Assembly (NCBI GenBank): GCA_963664325.2
Contig: CAXXDQ010000008.1
Coordinates: forward strand, 1 to 64,000
Origin: Desulfomonilia bacterium
GTDB lineage: Bacteria > Desulfobacterota > Desulfomonilia > UBA1062
Length of the DNA stretch: 64,000 nt
Direction: 5' to 3'
Positions 27,131 through 37,409 of the stretch are shown piece by piece (within the stretch, counting starts at the first letter, position 1; each line of letters opens with the position of its first letter). The notes under the pieces are model-generated. The model searched no databases, was not told the origin of the DNA, and saw only the letters and a program-made list of their open reading frames with translations. Position numbers and translations under genes: made by a program.

Positions 27131-27997
27131 ATGAATTGGGTTTCAATCGACAAGACAAAATGTGACCGTTGCGGCCTCTGTATCCTCCGCTGTCCTCGCG
27201 TTTACAGTATCCTGGACGGCGAAATCATCGCCCAGGCGGATATAAATAACTGCATCGCCTGCGGTCATTGCCTATCGCTGTGCAGAACCGGCGCCATCAG
27301 CCACAGTGAACTGGACAGGGGAAACTTCCCTGTCGCTGATGAGGCGGCCAATTTTGAAACGGGGACATTCATCCGATTCCTCAGGAACCGCCGGAGCCAC
27401 CGCCACTTCAAAAATAAAACCGTGCCGCGGGAGCAACTGGAAACGCTGATCGATGCCTGCCGCTATGCGCCTACGGGCGGCAATGCCCAAGCGGTCGAAA
27501 TCGTTGTTGTGGAGAACCGTGACATGATGAAGAGGCTGTCCGACCATACCATCGATTTCTTCATCAGTGCGGGAGAGAAAGCCCGGCAGTTTATCGCCCG
27601 GTTGGCTGCCGAGGGCAAGGATGCGCCGGAGAGCGCGAGCAGAACCCTCCAGTACGGGGAAAGGTTCAAGCTGGCGAGGGAAGCGGGGGGACCGGACCCC
27701 ATTTTTCACGAGGCCCCCATCGTCATGATTTTTCATGCTCCCCAGGACCGGGGGGCGTCCAAGGACGATTGCGTCATCGCTTCCACGACCCTGAGCCTTC
27801 TTGCCAGAACCATGGGGATCGAATCCACCTATATAGGGCTTCTCGTCACGGCGGCACGGGAAAATCGGCATATCCGTTCCGACCTGGCCTTGCCTCCGGG
27901 AAATGAAATCTTTTCGGTCCTGATCATGGGCTATCCGCGACTCAGGTATCTGTACAATATAGACCGGAAACCGATCCGGACACGCTGGCTGGGGTAA
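27131..27997 (+). CDS. Ferredoxin-nitroreductase fusion
   Basis: Two CxxCxxCxxxC motifs; RRSHRHF; APTGGN. Confidence 0.9.
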   Translation: MNWVSIDKTKCDRCGLCILRCPRVYSILDGEIIAQADINNCIACGHCLSLCRTGAISHSELDRGNFPVADEAANFETGTFIRFLRNRRSHRHFKNKTVPREQLETLIDACRYAPTGGNAQAVEIVVVENRDMMKRLSDHTIDFFISAGEKARQFIARLAAEGKDAPESASRTLQYGERFKLAREAGGPDPIFHEAPIVMIFHAPQDRGASKDDCVIASTTLSLLARTMGIESTYIGLLVTAARENRHIRSDLALPPGNEIFSVLIMGYPRLRYLYNIDRKPIRTRWLG

Positions 27998-28107
27998 GAA
28001 TTCCGCAGTTTACAAAAACTGCTCTGCTGTCATGGAAGGATGAGAAACGAAATGTCGGTGGCAAGCCTGATGGCCCCGATTATTGCCACCCTCTGAACAG
28101 GGATCTG

Positions 28108-28656
28108 TCAAATGTGCAGGTCTGCCCCCATTTTATTGAGGGCCAGCAGGAGCCCCAGGGCCGTTTTGGAATCGCATATTTGGCCGTTTTCTATCATCTG
28201 TACAGCTTCTTCCCGGCTGACCCGCATGATTTCAATGTCTTCGTCATCGTCCGGCGGGAGGGACGCCGGAAACAGGTCCATGGCCAGATAAAAATGCATG
28301 TACTCATTGCAATAGCCGGGCACCAGATAACCCTCGAACAATTTGATCAGCCGTTTGGCCTGGTAGCCGATTTCCTCGGCTAATTCCCGCTGTACGCAAT
28401 CTTCGACGGCTTCGCCGCCAACGTCCATATTGCCGGCGGGAATTTCCAGCAGAAACTGCCGTGTGGCATGGCGGTACTGCCGGATCAGGATGATCTGCCC
28501 GTCGGCATCGATGGGGACGACGGCGATGCAGGGTTTGTGGTCGATCCGGCTCTGCCGGCTTACACGGCCGTTCGGCAGGGTGACGTCTTCCTCAAACACG
28601 GAAAAGATGCGGCATTGGTAAACGGGGGTGTCGGGTTGCACGGATATCGATCTCAC
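28108..28656 (-). CDS. NUDIX hydrolase (ADP-ribose pyrophosphatase-like)
   Basis: EIPAG...RELAEEIG Nudix box. Confidence 0.9.
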   Translation of the reverse strand: MRSISVQPDTPVYQCRIFSVFEEDVTLPNGRVSRQSRIDHKPCIAVVPIDADGQIILIRQYRHATRQFLLEIPAGNMDVGGEAVEDCVQRELAEEIGYQAKRLIKLFEGYLVPGYCNEYMHFYLAMDLFPASLPPDDDEDIEIMRVSREEAVQMIENGQICDSKTALGLLLALNKMGADLHI

Positions 28657-28665
28657 TTTCCTGAA

Positions 28666-29238
28666 TTAATGGGCCTGCAAAAGGGTCTGCAGTTTCCGTT
28701 CAATGTCGCCTTTCGGCAAAGCGCCGACCAGGCGGTCCACAAGCTTTCCTTCCCGGAACAACAGCATGGTCGGAATACTGCGAATATCGTATTGCGACGC
28801 GGTGGCGGGATTTTCATCCACGTTGAGTTTCGCGATTTTTACGGTTCCGGCATACGTGGCGGCGAGTTCATCCAGGACCGGCGCCACCATCTTGCAGGGA
28901 CCGCACCAGGGAGCCCAGCAGTCAACCAGTATCACACCGGTTCCCTGCATCACTTCCGCCTGGAAAGAGGCATCCGTCACATCGACCGGTACGCCGGTGC
29001 CGCCTGACTCGACCAGGGCCGCACCGCATTTGCCGCAACGGGGCCGGTCGTTGGGCCGGTTTTCCGGCAAACGGTTTTTCGTTCCGCATTGTAAGCACCG
29101 GATAATCATGTCATCCAGCGGAGCATGGCATTTGCCGCAGGTGGGCCGGTCATTCATACGCTCTTTCGGAATGCGGTTTTTCGTCCCGCAATGGAGACAC
29201 CGGATGATCATTTGATCCTTCAGTTCATCTTTTTCCAT
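28666..29238 (-). CDS. trxC: Thioredoxin 2 with a duplicated zinc ribbon
   Basis: WCGPC active site; two CxxCGTKNR..CGKC repeats. Confidence 0.85.
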   Translation of the reverse strand: MEKDELKDQMIIRCLHCGTKNRIPKERMNDRPTCGKCHAPLDDMIIRCLQCGTKNRLPENRPNDRPRCGKCGAALVESGGTGVPVDVTDASFQAEVMQGTGVILVDCWAPWCGPCKMVAPVLDELAATYAGTVKIAKLNVDENPATASQYDIRSIPTMLLFREGKLVDRLVGALPKGDIERKLQTLLQAH

Positions 29239-29239
29239 A

Positions 29240-29731
29240 TCAGGTCCTTTCAATAGCCACGGTCACAGGCGTGGGATTCAAGGCCCCGGTGAGCACTTCG
29301 GGCGATATCTCCGCCAGAAGCCCCCGGCTCCCCGCATTGATCAGAATGGCGGGCAGGGAAAGAATACTTTCTTCCACGTACACAGGGAGTATTTTTTTCG
29401 TACCGAACGGCGAAGTCCCGCCGACTTTGTAACCCGTATGTTTTTCGGCAATCTTGGGGTCGCAGGGTGTGACCGTTTTAACGCCGAGAATCCGGGCCAG
29501 GATTTTTACGGAAACCTGCCGGTCGCCGTGCATGAGAATGATCATCGGTGTCCCGTTTTCATCTTCCATGACCAGCGTTTTGATAATCCGATGTTCATCA
29601 GTGCCCAGAGCGTCGGCAGCCACTTTTGTCCCGCCCCGATCTTCATAGGGATAGGCATGCAGCGTGAACGGCTTCCCCTGGGCTTTCAAAGTCCGGATGG
29701 CTTGCGTGGCGGGGAATTTCTCTTTCGTCAT
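29240..29731 (-). CDS. ybaK: Cys-tRNA(Pro) deacylase
   Basis: IIKTLV, TGYKVGGTSPFG, INAGSRG. Confidence 0.88.
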   Translation of the reverse strand: MTKEKFPATQAIRTLKAQGKPFTLHAYPYEDRGGTKVAADALGTDEHRIIKTLVMEDENGTPMIILMHGDRQVSVKILARILGVKTVTPCDPKIAEKHTGYKVGGTSPFGTKKILPVYVEESILSLPAILINAGSRGLLAEISPEVLTGALNPTPVTVAIERT

Positions 29732-29749
29732 GGAGCGACCGCCATCAAT

Positions 29750-31009
29750 TTATAGCTCCTCGGGAGAAGCAATCCGCCCGGCCACGGCGGATGCCGCAGC
29801 AATGGCGGGATTGGCGAGGTAGACAAAGCTGCCCGGATGCCCCATCCGGCCGATAAAGTTACGGTTGGTTGTCGCAATGGCGTGCTCGCCCTCCGCCAGA
29901 ATACCCATATGGCCGCCGAGGCAGGCGCCGCAGGTCGGCGGGCTGATCACGGCGTTGGCATCGAGGAAGATGTCAAAAAGGCCTTCATGCATGGCTTGGC
30001 GGTAAACGGCCGGTGTTGCCGGCACGATGATGAGGCGAACGTCAGGGGCGGCCTTCCGGCCTTTCAGCACCTGGGCGGCAATCCGCAGGTCTTCGATCCG
30101 GCCGTTTGTGCATGATCCGATATAGGACTGGTTGATTTTCACCTGGCCGACCTGGCTGATGCTTTTGACGTTGGAGGGAAGGTGCGGAAACGCGATTTGG
30201 GGTTCGATCGTTGCCACATCGATTTCCATAACGGAAGCATAAACGGCGTCGGCATCGGACCGGTAAAAGGCAAAGGGACGTTTTGCCCGGGCTTCCGCAT
30301 AGGCCCGGGTGATCTCGTCGGGAGGGAAAATCCCGTTCTTGCCGCCCGCTTCAATGGCCATGTTGGCCATGGTCATCCGGTCCGCCATGGGCAGTTCCGC
30401 CACGGTGTCGCCCGCAAATTCCATGGCTTTGTAAAGGGCGCCGTCCACGCCGATCTGTCCGATTACATAGAGGATCAGATCCTTTCCCGAGACCCACGGC
30501 TTCATACGGCCGTTAAGAACGAATTTGATCGTTTCCGGCACTTTGAACCAGACTTCTCCCGTCAGCATGGCGGCCGCAAAATCCGTGCTGCCGACACCTG
30601 TTGAGAAAGCGCCGAGGGCACCGTACGTGCAGGTGTGGCTGTCGGCGCCGATTACCAGATCGCCCGGCAGGACAATGCCCGCTTCCGGCAGGAGCGCGTG
30701 TTCCACGCCGCAATCCCCGCCGTCATAGAAGTGGGTCAGCTCCTGTTCACGGGCAAAATCACGAAGAATTTTGCACTGCTGCGCAGAGCTGATGTCCTTG
30801 TTGGGTGTGAAATGATCAAGGACGATGACCACTTTGTCCTTGTCGAATACTTTTGTCCCGCCCGCTTTTTTGAATTCCGCAACGGCGATGGGCGCCGTAA
30901 TATCGTTCCCCAGGGCGATATCCACCTTGGTGTTGATGAGCATGCCGGGCCGCACCTCTTCCAGGTCCGTATGCCGGCAGAGGATTTTTTCCGTAATGGT
31001 CATTCCCAT
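29750..31009 (-). CDS. leuC: 3-isopropylmalate dehydratase large subunit
   Basis: [21 protein letters not shown]; directly downstream of leuA. Confidence 0.88.
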   Translation of the reverse strand: MGMTITEKILCRHTDLEEVRPGMLINTKVDIALGNDITAPIAVAEFKKAGGTKVFDKDKVVIVLDHFTPNKDISSAQQCKILRDFAREQELTHFYDGGDCGVEHALLPEAGIVLPGDLVIGADSHTCTYGALGAFSTGVGSTDFAAAMLTGEVWFKVPETIKFVLNGRMKPWVSGKDLILYVIGQIGVDGALYKAMEFAGDTVAELPMADRMTMANMAIEAGGKNGIFPPDEITRAYAEARAKRPFAFYRSDADAVYASVMEIDVATIEPQIAFPHLPSNVKSISQVGQVKINQSYIGSCTNGRIEDLRIAAQVLKGRKAAPDVRLIIVPATPAVYRQAMHEGLFDIFLDANAVISPPTCGACLGGHMGILAEGEHAIATTNRNFIGRMGHPGSFVYLANPAIAAASAVAGRIASPEEL

Positions 31010-31105
31010 TTTGTCCGTCTCCATTTCATCACTTATGAATGATGAAGATTTCTTATTATATTTCACTCCATTATTCAAGCCCCGACCTTTACGGTCGGTG
31101 CTGTT

Positions 31106-32656
31106 TCATTCATACATTTTGACTTTTTTAACATTTTCTTTCAACCAGACCAGCCGATTCAGGGCATTGATATAGGCCATTGCCGAAGCGACCAGGACAT
31201 CGGGATGGGCGCCGCGGCCGATGGCCGAAGACCCGTCGTATTTGAGTTCCACGGTTGCTTCGCCCATGGCGTCCGCGCCTTTGGTAATGGCATCCACGGC
31301 ATACCGGACGAGAGGATAATCCGTATTGGTGATTTTCCGGATGGCGGCAAAGGTTGCATCCACGGGGCCGACACCAAATCCGGCATCCTGAAGGGTGTCC
31401 TGATCGACCTGAATCTGCATGGTGGCTGTCGGAACGGCGACATTGCCGCTGACAACGTTGAGATAGACGAGCTTATATTTGTCCTTGGCCCGGAAAATCT
31501 CTTCATAAAGAATCGCTTCCAGATCTTCATCAAAGATATCTTTCTTGACATCCGCCACTTCTTTGAACCGTACAATGACCTTGTTCATCTGTTCCGTCGT
31601 GAGCCTGTATCCCATTTTCTTCAGATGCTCGGAAACGGCATGACGTCCGGAGTGTTTGCCCAGAACGAGTTGGGTTTCCTTGATGCCGACACTTTCCGGT
31701 TTCATGATCTCGTAGGTGGTCTTATCCTTGATGAGCCCGTCCTGGTGAATGCCGGACTCATGGGCGAAGGCATTGGCGCCGACAATGGCCTTATTGGGCT
31801 GAACATGGATGCCGGTGATCTGCGTCAGGAGCTTCGATGTCTGATAGATCTTGTCCGTTCTGATGCCCGTATGGACGCCGTAAATGTCCCGTCTTGTCGC
31901 CAGGGCCATCACGATTTCCTCCATGGCCGCATTACCCGCCCGTTCGCCGATGCCGTTGATCGTGCATTCCACCTGGCGGGCGCCATTGCGAATGGCCGCC
32001 AGGGAGTTGGCCACAGCCAGGCCCAGGTCATCGTGGCAATGGACCGACACGACGGCTTTGTGAATATTTTTAATATGTTCAAAGAGATAAGCTGTCAGGC
32101 GGCCGTATTCGTCGGGCGTCGTATAGCCGACCGTATCGGGAATATTAACCGTTGTTGCCCCTTCTGCGATCACCGCCTCCAGAATCTGACAGAGATAATC
32201 CCAATCCGTGCGGGTCGCGTCCATGGCGGAAAATTCAACATTCCCGGTATACCGGCAAGCATGGGCAACCGTCCTGCGCGCATCCTCCAAAACCTCTTCC
32301 CGTGATTTCCGGAGCTGATATTTGAGGTGGATATCCGATGAGGATAAAAAGACGTGAATCCTGGGGTTCGCCGCATCGGCAATGGCCTGCCAGGAACGGT
32401 CGATGTCTTCGATATTGGCGCGGGCCAGGCCTGCAATCTGTGAGCCGCGAATTTCCCTGGCGATCTGCTGAACCGATAGAAAGTCGCCCTCCGATGCCAC
32501 GGGGAACCCCGCTTCAATGATATCGACCCCCATCGCTTCCAGCTGACGGGCAATCCTGAGTTTTTCCTCGGGGTTCATCGTTGCCCCCGGTGATTGCTCG
32601 CCGTCGCGGAGCGTTGTGTCAAAGATAAAAATTCGGTCTCCTTGCTTCTTCTTCAT
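31106..32656 (-). CDS. leuA: 2-isopropylmalate synthase
   Basis: DTTLRDGEQSPG, HCHDDLG, GERAGN, HESGIHQDG, regulatory domain. Confidence 0.95.
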   Translation of the reverse strand: MKKKQGDRIFIFDTTLRDGEQSPGATMNPEEKLRIARQLEAMGVDIIEAGFPVASEGDFLSVQQIAREIRGSQIAGLARANIEDIDRSWQAIADAANPRIHVFLSSSDIHLKYQLRKSREEVLEDARRTVAHACRYTGNVEFSAMDATRTDWDYLCQILEAVIAEGATTVNIPDTVGYTTPDEYGRLTAYLFEHIKNIHKAVVSVHCHDDLGLAVANSLAAIRNGARQVECTINGIGERAGNAAMEEIVMALATRRDIYGVHTGIRTDKIYQTSKLLTQITGIHVQPNKAIVGANAFAHESGIHQDGLIKDKTTYEIMKPESVGIKETQLVLGKHSGRHAVSEHLKKMGYRLTTEQMNKVIVRFKEVADVKKDIFDEDLEAILYEEIFRAKDKYKLVYLNVVSGNVAVPTATMQIQVDQDTLQDAGFGVGPVDATFAAIRKITNTDYPLVRYAVDAITKGADAMGEATVELKYDGSSAIGRGAHPDVLVASAMAYINALNRLVWLKENVKKVKMYE

Positions 32657-32684
32657 TTTTTTTCTCCTTTCAATGTTAAAAAAT

Positions 32685-32720
32685 AAAAAAAGGCCATGGG
32701 CGCGACGCCCATGGCCTTTT
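32685..32720 (-). terminator. Attenuator terminator upstream of leuA
   Basis: AAAAGGCCATGGGCG-TCG-CGCCCATGGCC-TTTTTTT on the minus strand. Confidence 0.85.
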
Positions 32721-32742
32721 AGCTCTGTTCTATAATTTACGG

Positions 32743-32865
32743 TTAAGAACTGCCTGAGGACGATGGGCGGTGGCAGGTATGAAGCAACAAGGGCAGAAGG
32801 GCGAGATTCCGCAAGCCGGTTAAGGAGGATAAATTCAGAATGTTGGCTGTTGCTTTTCCGTTCAT
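32743..32865 (-). CDS. Leucine leader peptide (40 aa)
   Basis: MNGKATANILNLSSLTGLRNLALLPLLLHTCHRPSSSGSS*; 10 Leu; contains CGCCCAT, complementary to the terminator 5' arm. Confidence 0.75.
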   Translation of the reverse strand: MNGKATANILNLSSLTGLRNLALLPLLLHTCHRPSSSGSS

Positions 32866-32936
32866 CGTTTAGGTCGTTTTTCCTTTTTACTTGGCTCCTT
32901 CTAAAGGATAATTCCTCCCATGTCAAGTCATAATTG

Positions 32937-34025
32937 TCATGGTTCAGTTAAAAGCGCCTTTATGATCAGACGCTCGACTTTGGCAAGCGGCCATTTGTTC
33001 AAATCATTCAAGGAGATCCATTGCCGGAGCGGGCTGCCGGTCATCGGGGGCGCATGCCCGCATATACGGGCTTCATAGGCGGAGAGCGTGACACGGAAAT
33101 GGGTGTAAGCGTGATCCACGGTTGCCAGTTCGGCGCCGACGCTTATGGGCACCCCCAATTCTTCCCGGACGAGTTGCTGCAGTTGTTCTTTATTGCCGGC
33201 ATCCTGATGAAGGAAACCGCCCGGGAACTTCCAGAGAGAAGCCAGCAGGCCCTTTGCGGGTCTCTGGACCATGAGAACCTGTCCTTCCCGGTTGCGGATG
33301 ACAGCGGCCGCTTCCCGGCGATGCGGGATCGGGGATTTTTTCTTTACGAAAGGGAGCATCTCCTGCAAGCCCAACTTTTTTGCCTGGCAATGGGCGTTGA
33401 CAGGACAGAGAGAACAGACCGCCTCCCCGGCCTTGCAGACGGTTGCCCCCAGATCCATTAATGCCTGGTTGAAATGTCCGGGTTTTTGACGGGGAACAAG
33501 AGCAGCGGCGATTTCATGAAGCCGACGCTTTACGTCCGGCCGATCAAGGGGCTCCCGGATGGCGAACAGACGGCTGAGAATTCGCCGGACATTACCGTCG
33601 ATGGCGGGAACTTTTTGCCCGTAGGCGATGCTGAGGATAGCGCCGGCGGTGTAATCGCCGATACCGGGAAGCGACAGGAGATCTTCATGGTCGGCCGGAA
33701 TCCGTCCGTTGAATTTTCTGATTATTTCGCCGGCGGCAGCGTGAAGATGACGGGCCCGTGAATAGTAGCCCATATTTTCCCAAACCTTGAGGACTTCCTG
33801 GAGGGAAGCGCCCGCCAGCGCTTCAAGCGTGGGGAAGTGTGTCAGAAAACGGTGATAATAGGGGACGACGGTATCCACCTGGGTCTGCTGGAGCATGATT
33901 TCCGAGATCCAGATACGGTAAGGGTCGGCTGTTTCCCGCCAGGGAAGCATACGCTTTTCCTTTTCGTACCAGGCGAGCAATTTACGGGGGATGGCTGCAT
34001 TGCTTTTTCCGGATTCCTTGATCAT
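32937..34025 (-). CDS. mutY: A/G-specific adenine glycosylase
   Basis: WISEIMLQQT, LPGIGDYTA, DGNVRR, Fe-S Cys motif, Nudix-like tail. Confidence 0.95.
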   Translation of the reverse strand: MIKESGKSNAAIPRKLLAWYEKEKRMLPWRETADPYRIWISEIMLQQTQVDTVVPYYHRFLTHFPTLEALAGASLQEVLKVWENMGYYSRARHLHAAAGEIIRKFNGRIPADHEDLLSLPGIGDYTAGAILSIAYGQKVPAIDGNVRRILSRLFAIREPLDRPDVKRRLHEIAAALVPRQKPGHFNQALMDLGATVCKAGEAVCSLCPVNAHCQAKKLGLQEMLPFVKKKSPIPHRREAAAVIRNREGQVLMVQRPAKGLLASLWKFPGGFLHQDAGNKEQLQQLVREELGVPISVGAELATVDHAYTHFRVTLSAYEARICGHAPPMTGSPLRQWISLNDLNKWPLAKVERLIIKALLTEP

Positions 34026-34199
34026 TATTTATTTATACCCAAGACAGAGCGGTATGGCAATGCCTTTATCCCAAGATCCGGTTATGGCCGGGAGGAATAA
34101 AAGGCTTGTCGTCGCTGCCTTTAATGGTTATGATGAATCGGCGGGTCTCAAAGGCAAACATCCGGCGAAGTGCCATAACCAAAGGAATTAAAAGAGATC

Positions 34200-34415
34200 G
34201 TGAGCGAAAAACGCCTTTCCCGGAACGTGGGGAAAAATCAGAGGACGGAGATAAGCTGTTATGCCTGCCGGCATTTTTACATAACCCATGACCCGAAATT
34301 TCCGTACGGATGCCGGGAAGCCGGCTTCAAATCACGCTTATTGCCGGCAAGGGAAATGTACGTCCATTCCGGTATGGATTGCCAATTATTTGATGAAAAG
34401 GGAGGCTTTCAATGA
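34200..34415 (+). CDS. Small Cys-rich conserved hypothetical protein
   Basis: CYACRHFYITHD..FPYGC...GFKS..SGMDC. Confidence 0.65.
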   Translation: MSEKRLSRNVGKNQRTEISCYACRHFYITHDPKFPYGCREAGFKSRLLPAREMYVHSGMDCQLFDEKGGFQ

Positions 34416-34747
34416 GTATGCATGACAAATGTTCGCTGGTGGACACCGCTGGTGGATTGGCAGACACCTTAAAAGAACATGACCACATCATTGCTCTTTT
34501 TTATGCTTCATGGTGTCCTTTTTGTGTAAAAATATTGCCGGATTTTAAAAAACATGCGGAAGAGGGAGCCAACGTTTTTTTACTGGTGAAGGATGATCAG
34601 GAAGTGATGGCGGATCATTATTCCGTAGCGGTATATCCGACAGCCATTCATTTTGAAAAAGGATTGGTTTCCAAGCGGCTGGACGGTGTTTTGGGAGTCG
34701 GTTTGCGAAAAAAGCAACTGGAAGACTTTATCGCATCTTGTTCCTGA
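34412..34747 (+). CDS. Thioredoxin-family protein
   Basis: FYASWCPFC. Confidence 0.8.
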   Translation: MSMHDKCSLVDTAGGLADTLKEHDHIIALFYASWCPFCVKILPDFKKHAEEGANVFLLVKDDQEVMADHYSVAVYPTAIHFEKGLVSKRLDGVLGVGLRKKQLEDFIASCS

Positions 34748-34811
34748 ACATCGTCAGCTTTCTTGAGCAGATCTTCTTATGCAATGGAATTAAGAAAGGG
34801 GACATGAAAAA

Positions 34812-35255
34812 ATGAAATACTCACAGGCAAAGCCGGGGCGCATCTTTGTTATCCGGCTGGAAGATGGTGATATCATTCATGAGGTTATTGAGTCATTTGC
34901 CAGGGAACAGAGCATCGGTGCGGCGGCTCTGATCATCCTGGGCGGCGCCGACAGGGAAAGCCGGCTGGTTGTGGGTCCGGAAGAAAGCCGGGCAACGCCT
35001 GTGGTCCCGATGAGCCTGGTGTTGGACAATGTTCATGAAGTGTCCGGTGTCGGCACGCTTTTTCCCGATGAGGAGGGGAATCCTATCCTGCACATGCATA
35101 TGGCCTGCGGCCGAAATGACCATACAATAACCGGCTGTGTCCGGACGGGCGTCAAGGTCTGGCAAGTCATGGAAGCTGTTCTTTTTGAATTGGTTGACAG
35201 TTCCGGTGTTCGTCGACCGGATGAGGCAACCGGGTTCAAACTGCTGCAACCGTAA
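34812..35255 (+). CDS. PPC/DUF296 domain protein
   Basis: RLEDGD...HMHMACG. Confidence 0.85.
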   Translation: MKYSQAKPGRIFVIRLEDGDIIHEVIESFAREQSIGAAALIILGGADRESRLVVGPEESRATPVVPMSLVLDNVHEVSGVGTLFPDEEGNPILHMHMACGRNDHTITGCVRTGVKVWQVMEAVLFELVDSSGVRRPDEATGFKLLQP

Positions 35256-35533
35256 TATTTAATTTCGTCGGGTTTCCTGCCGTCAACGGCTGCCGGGTCC
35301 ATTGATTTTTTTATAGAATTACCTAAAATGACTGTCGTTCATTTTAAACCCCCTTATTTAAACAGACGTACGTATTGAAAATGTAACGTTTTGCAATCTA
35401 AACTTATTATATTTATTGATGAATTTGTCTACTACTAATCTTCTTGACATCCTTATAACTATGTTATAGGCATGGCTCGGAAAAATCGGGAACTATGTTT
35501 TTCACAAGTTTTTTTTAAGAGGAGGAAGTTAAG

Positions 35534-37015
35534 ATGAGGCATATGGATAAGAGTTTATCAATTGTTTTCTCGGTCCTTATGGTTATGGCTCTGGCGGCTT
35601 ACAGTCCGTCTATGGCCGTCGCCGCCAAGGCGGACAAACCCGCTAAAGCGGATAAGGTGGATAAGACGGATAAATTGGGCAAGGCGAACGCCTTTTTTGA
35701 TGTGAAGAAGATGGGGGATATGTCGGACTTTGATCCGGGCAACCCGGTGGTACCCACGGGCGATACGATTAAAATCGCTGTGGTGGCTGCATTTTCAGGG
35801 CCCAGCGCCTATAATGGCCAGATCTATTATTGCTTCGCCCAATGGGTTGCTCACGACATCAATAAAAGAGGCGGCATCCTGGTGGACGGCAAAAAGAAAC
35901 TGGTTCAGGTTCTGAAAGCCGACCATATGTCCAAAGCGGATCAGTGCAAAAAAGTGACGGAACGCATGGCCCTTCAGGAAAAGGTACACTTCTTCTGGGG
36001 GACAGACGGCAGCCATTTTATGAAAATCATTAATGAAACAGCCAATAAATACAAAATCATCGCCATGAATGTGACCTGTATGTCCGATGAACTCCAGGAT
36101 GCCACGAATTTCTCGCGTTACGCATTCCAGGCTGCTTACTCCACAGATGCGGCCGCCCGCGCTCTGGCCTATTATTACGGTCAGATCCGTCAGAAGGAAA
36201 AAAGGTTTTATATCCTCAATCAGGATTATGCCTTCGGCCACAGTTTCGCGGATAGTTTCAAAAAGGGCCTGAAGGAATACTATCCTGACGCACAATTGGT
36301 CGGCGAGGATTACCACAAACTATTCCTGACGGATTATGCCCCTTACCTGACGAAGATCAAGGCTGCCGGTGCGGAGGTGATTTTCACAGGTGATTGGCTT
36401 CCCGATGCCGGCAATCTGCTGAAGCAGTCCCGGCAGATGGGCATCAAGCTGCCATTTGCCAACACCTATATCGATGAGCCCAATTACCTGAATGAAACCG
36501 GGGTGGAAGGCACAAAGGGGCTGACCAATGTCAGTGCCTATTTCGACACAACGCCATTTTTCAAAACGCCGGATCAGATTAAGTTCTACAAAATCTGGGC
36601 CGATCAGGCGAAAAAATGGAAGACGGCCCCTTACAGCAGTATCGCTTTTACCCATGCCACGGCAAACACGGCTGGCTGGATCATGACGACCTATTGGTTG
36701 ATGAGTGTCGTCGAAAGGGCACAGAGCACGGACCCGGAAAAGATCATCAAGGTCTGGGAGAATGATACGTATAAATATATCAATGGCAAGATCGTTAAAA
36801 TGCGGGCCTGCGATCACAAGATGATTCTTGATTTGGGCATAACCGAATATGTGCCGCCGGATCAGCAGAAAGTGTCCATGAACATTCCGCCTTATTACTG
36901 GTTCAAGAATGCCTCTTATGTGGGGCCCGTTTATAAGGTTCCTGCCACCAAAATTCTCCCCTTAATGGATCAGAAGCTTGATCGGTGTAAGGGAAAGAAC
37001 GGTTGGGGTGAATAA
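35534..37015 (+). CDS. Orphan Liv-type ABC substrate-binding protein
   Basis: Signal peptide; DINKRGGI; QDYAFGH; MRACDH. Confidence 0.85.
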   Translation: MRHMDKSLSIVFSVLMVMALAAYSPSMAVAAKADKPAKADKVDKTDKLGKANAFFDVKKMGDMSDFDPGNPVVPTGDTIKIAVVAAFSGPSAYNGQIYYCFAQWVAHDINKRGGILVDGKKKLVQVLKADHMSKADQCKKVTERMALQEKVHFFWGTDGSHFMKIINETANKYKIIAMNVTCMSDELQDATNFSRYAFQAAYSTDAAARALAYYYGQIRQKEKRFYILNQDYAFGHSFADSFKKGLKEYYPDAQLVGEDYHKLFLTDYAPYLTKIKAAGAEVIFTGDWLPDAGNLLKQSRQMGIKLPFANTYIDEPNYLNETGVEGTKGLTNVSAYFDTTPFFKTPDQIKFYKIWADQAKKWKTAPYSSIAFTHATANTAGWIMTTYWLMSVVERAQSTDPEKIIKVWENDTYKYINGKIVKMRACDHKMILDLGITEYVPPDQQKVSMNIPPYYWFKNASYVGPVYKVPATKILPLMDQKLDRCKGKNGWGE

Positions 37016-37049
37016 ATAAATCGACGTTCAGGCAGGATTGCTCACAATT

Positions 37050-37098
37050 ATTTCCGGGATGCCGCGTTTTTTCCGCGGCATCCCGGAAATTCCTTTTT
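37050..37098 (+). terminator. Rho-independent terminator
   Basis: ATTTCCGGGATGCCGCG..CGCGGCATCCCGGAAAT followed by a T-run. Confidence 0.75.
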
Positions 37099-37114
37099 CA
37101 TCCATATGACATTT

Positions 37115-37336
37115 TGTCCAATTGGCTAGACATGTCCTTCTATCCGGACAAATATAAGCTTTAAATTTAATAATCAACTAGTTATAAAATTATGCCCTTA
37201 TTTTTTAAGACATCTTTTGTCTTGAATATCAGACATTAAAATTATATAATTTTGATGCTTTCAATCTTAACAAATATTCTTTCCCTGTGAAATAAGTAAG
37301 TTACATTTTTTTTATTGTGTTGGTATCTATCTTGCG
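37115..37336 (+). promoter_or_regulatory. Sigma54 promoter with three TGTC-N10-GACA activator sites
   Basis: Sites at 37115, 37133 and 37218; TGGTATCTATCTTGCG at 37321. Confidence 0.75.
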
Positions 37337-37409
37337 TATATGATGTATACATATAAGCAGATATCAGCCGAATATTTAATATTAATCATCAACAAATGAA
37401 GGAGCGACT

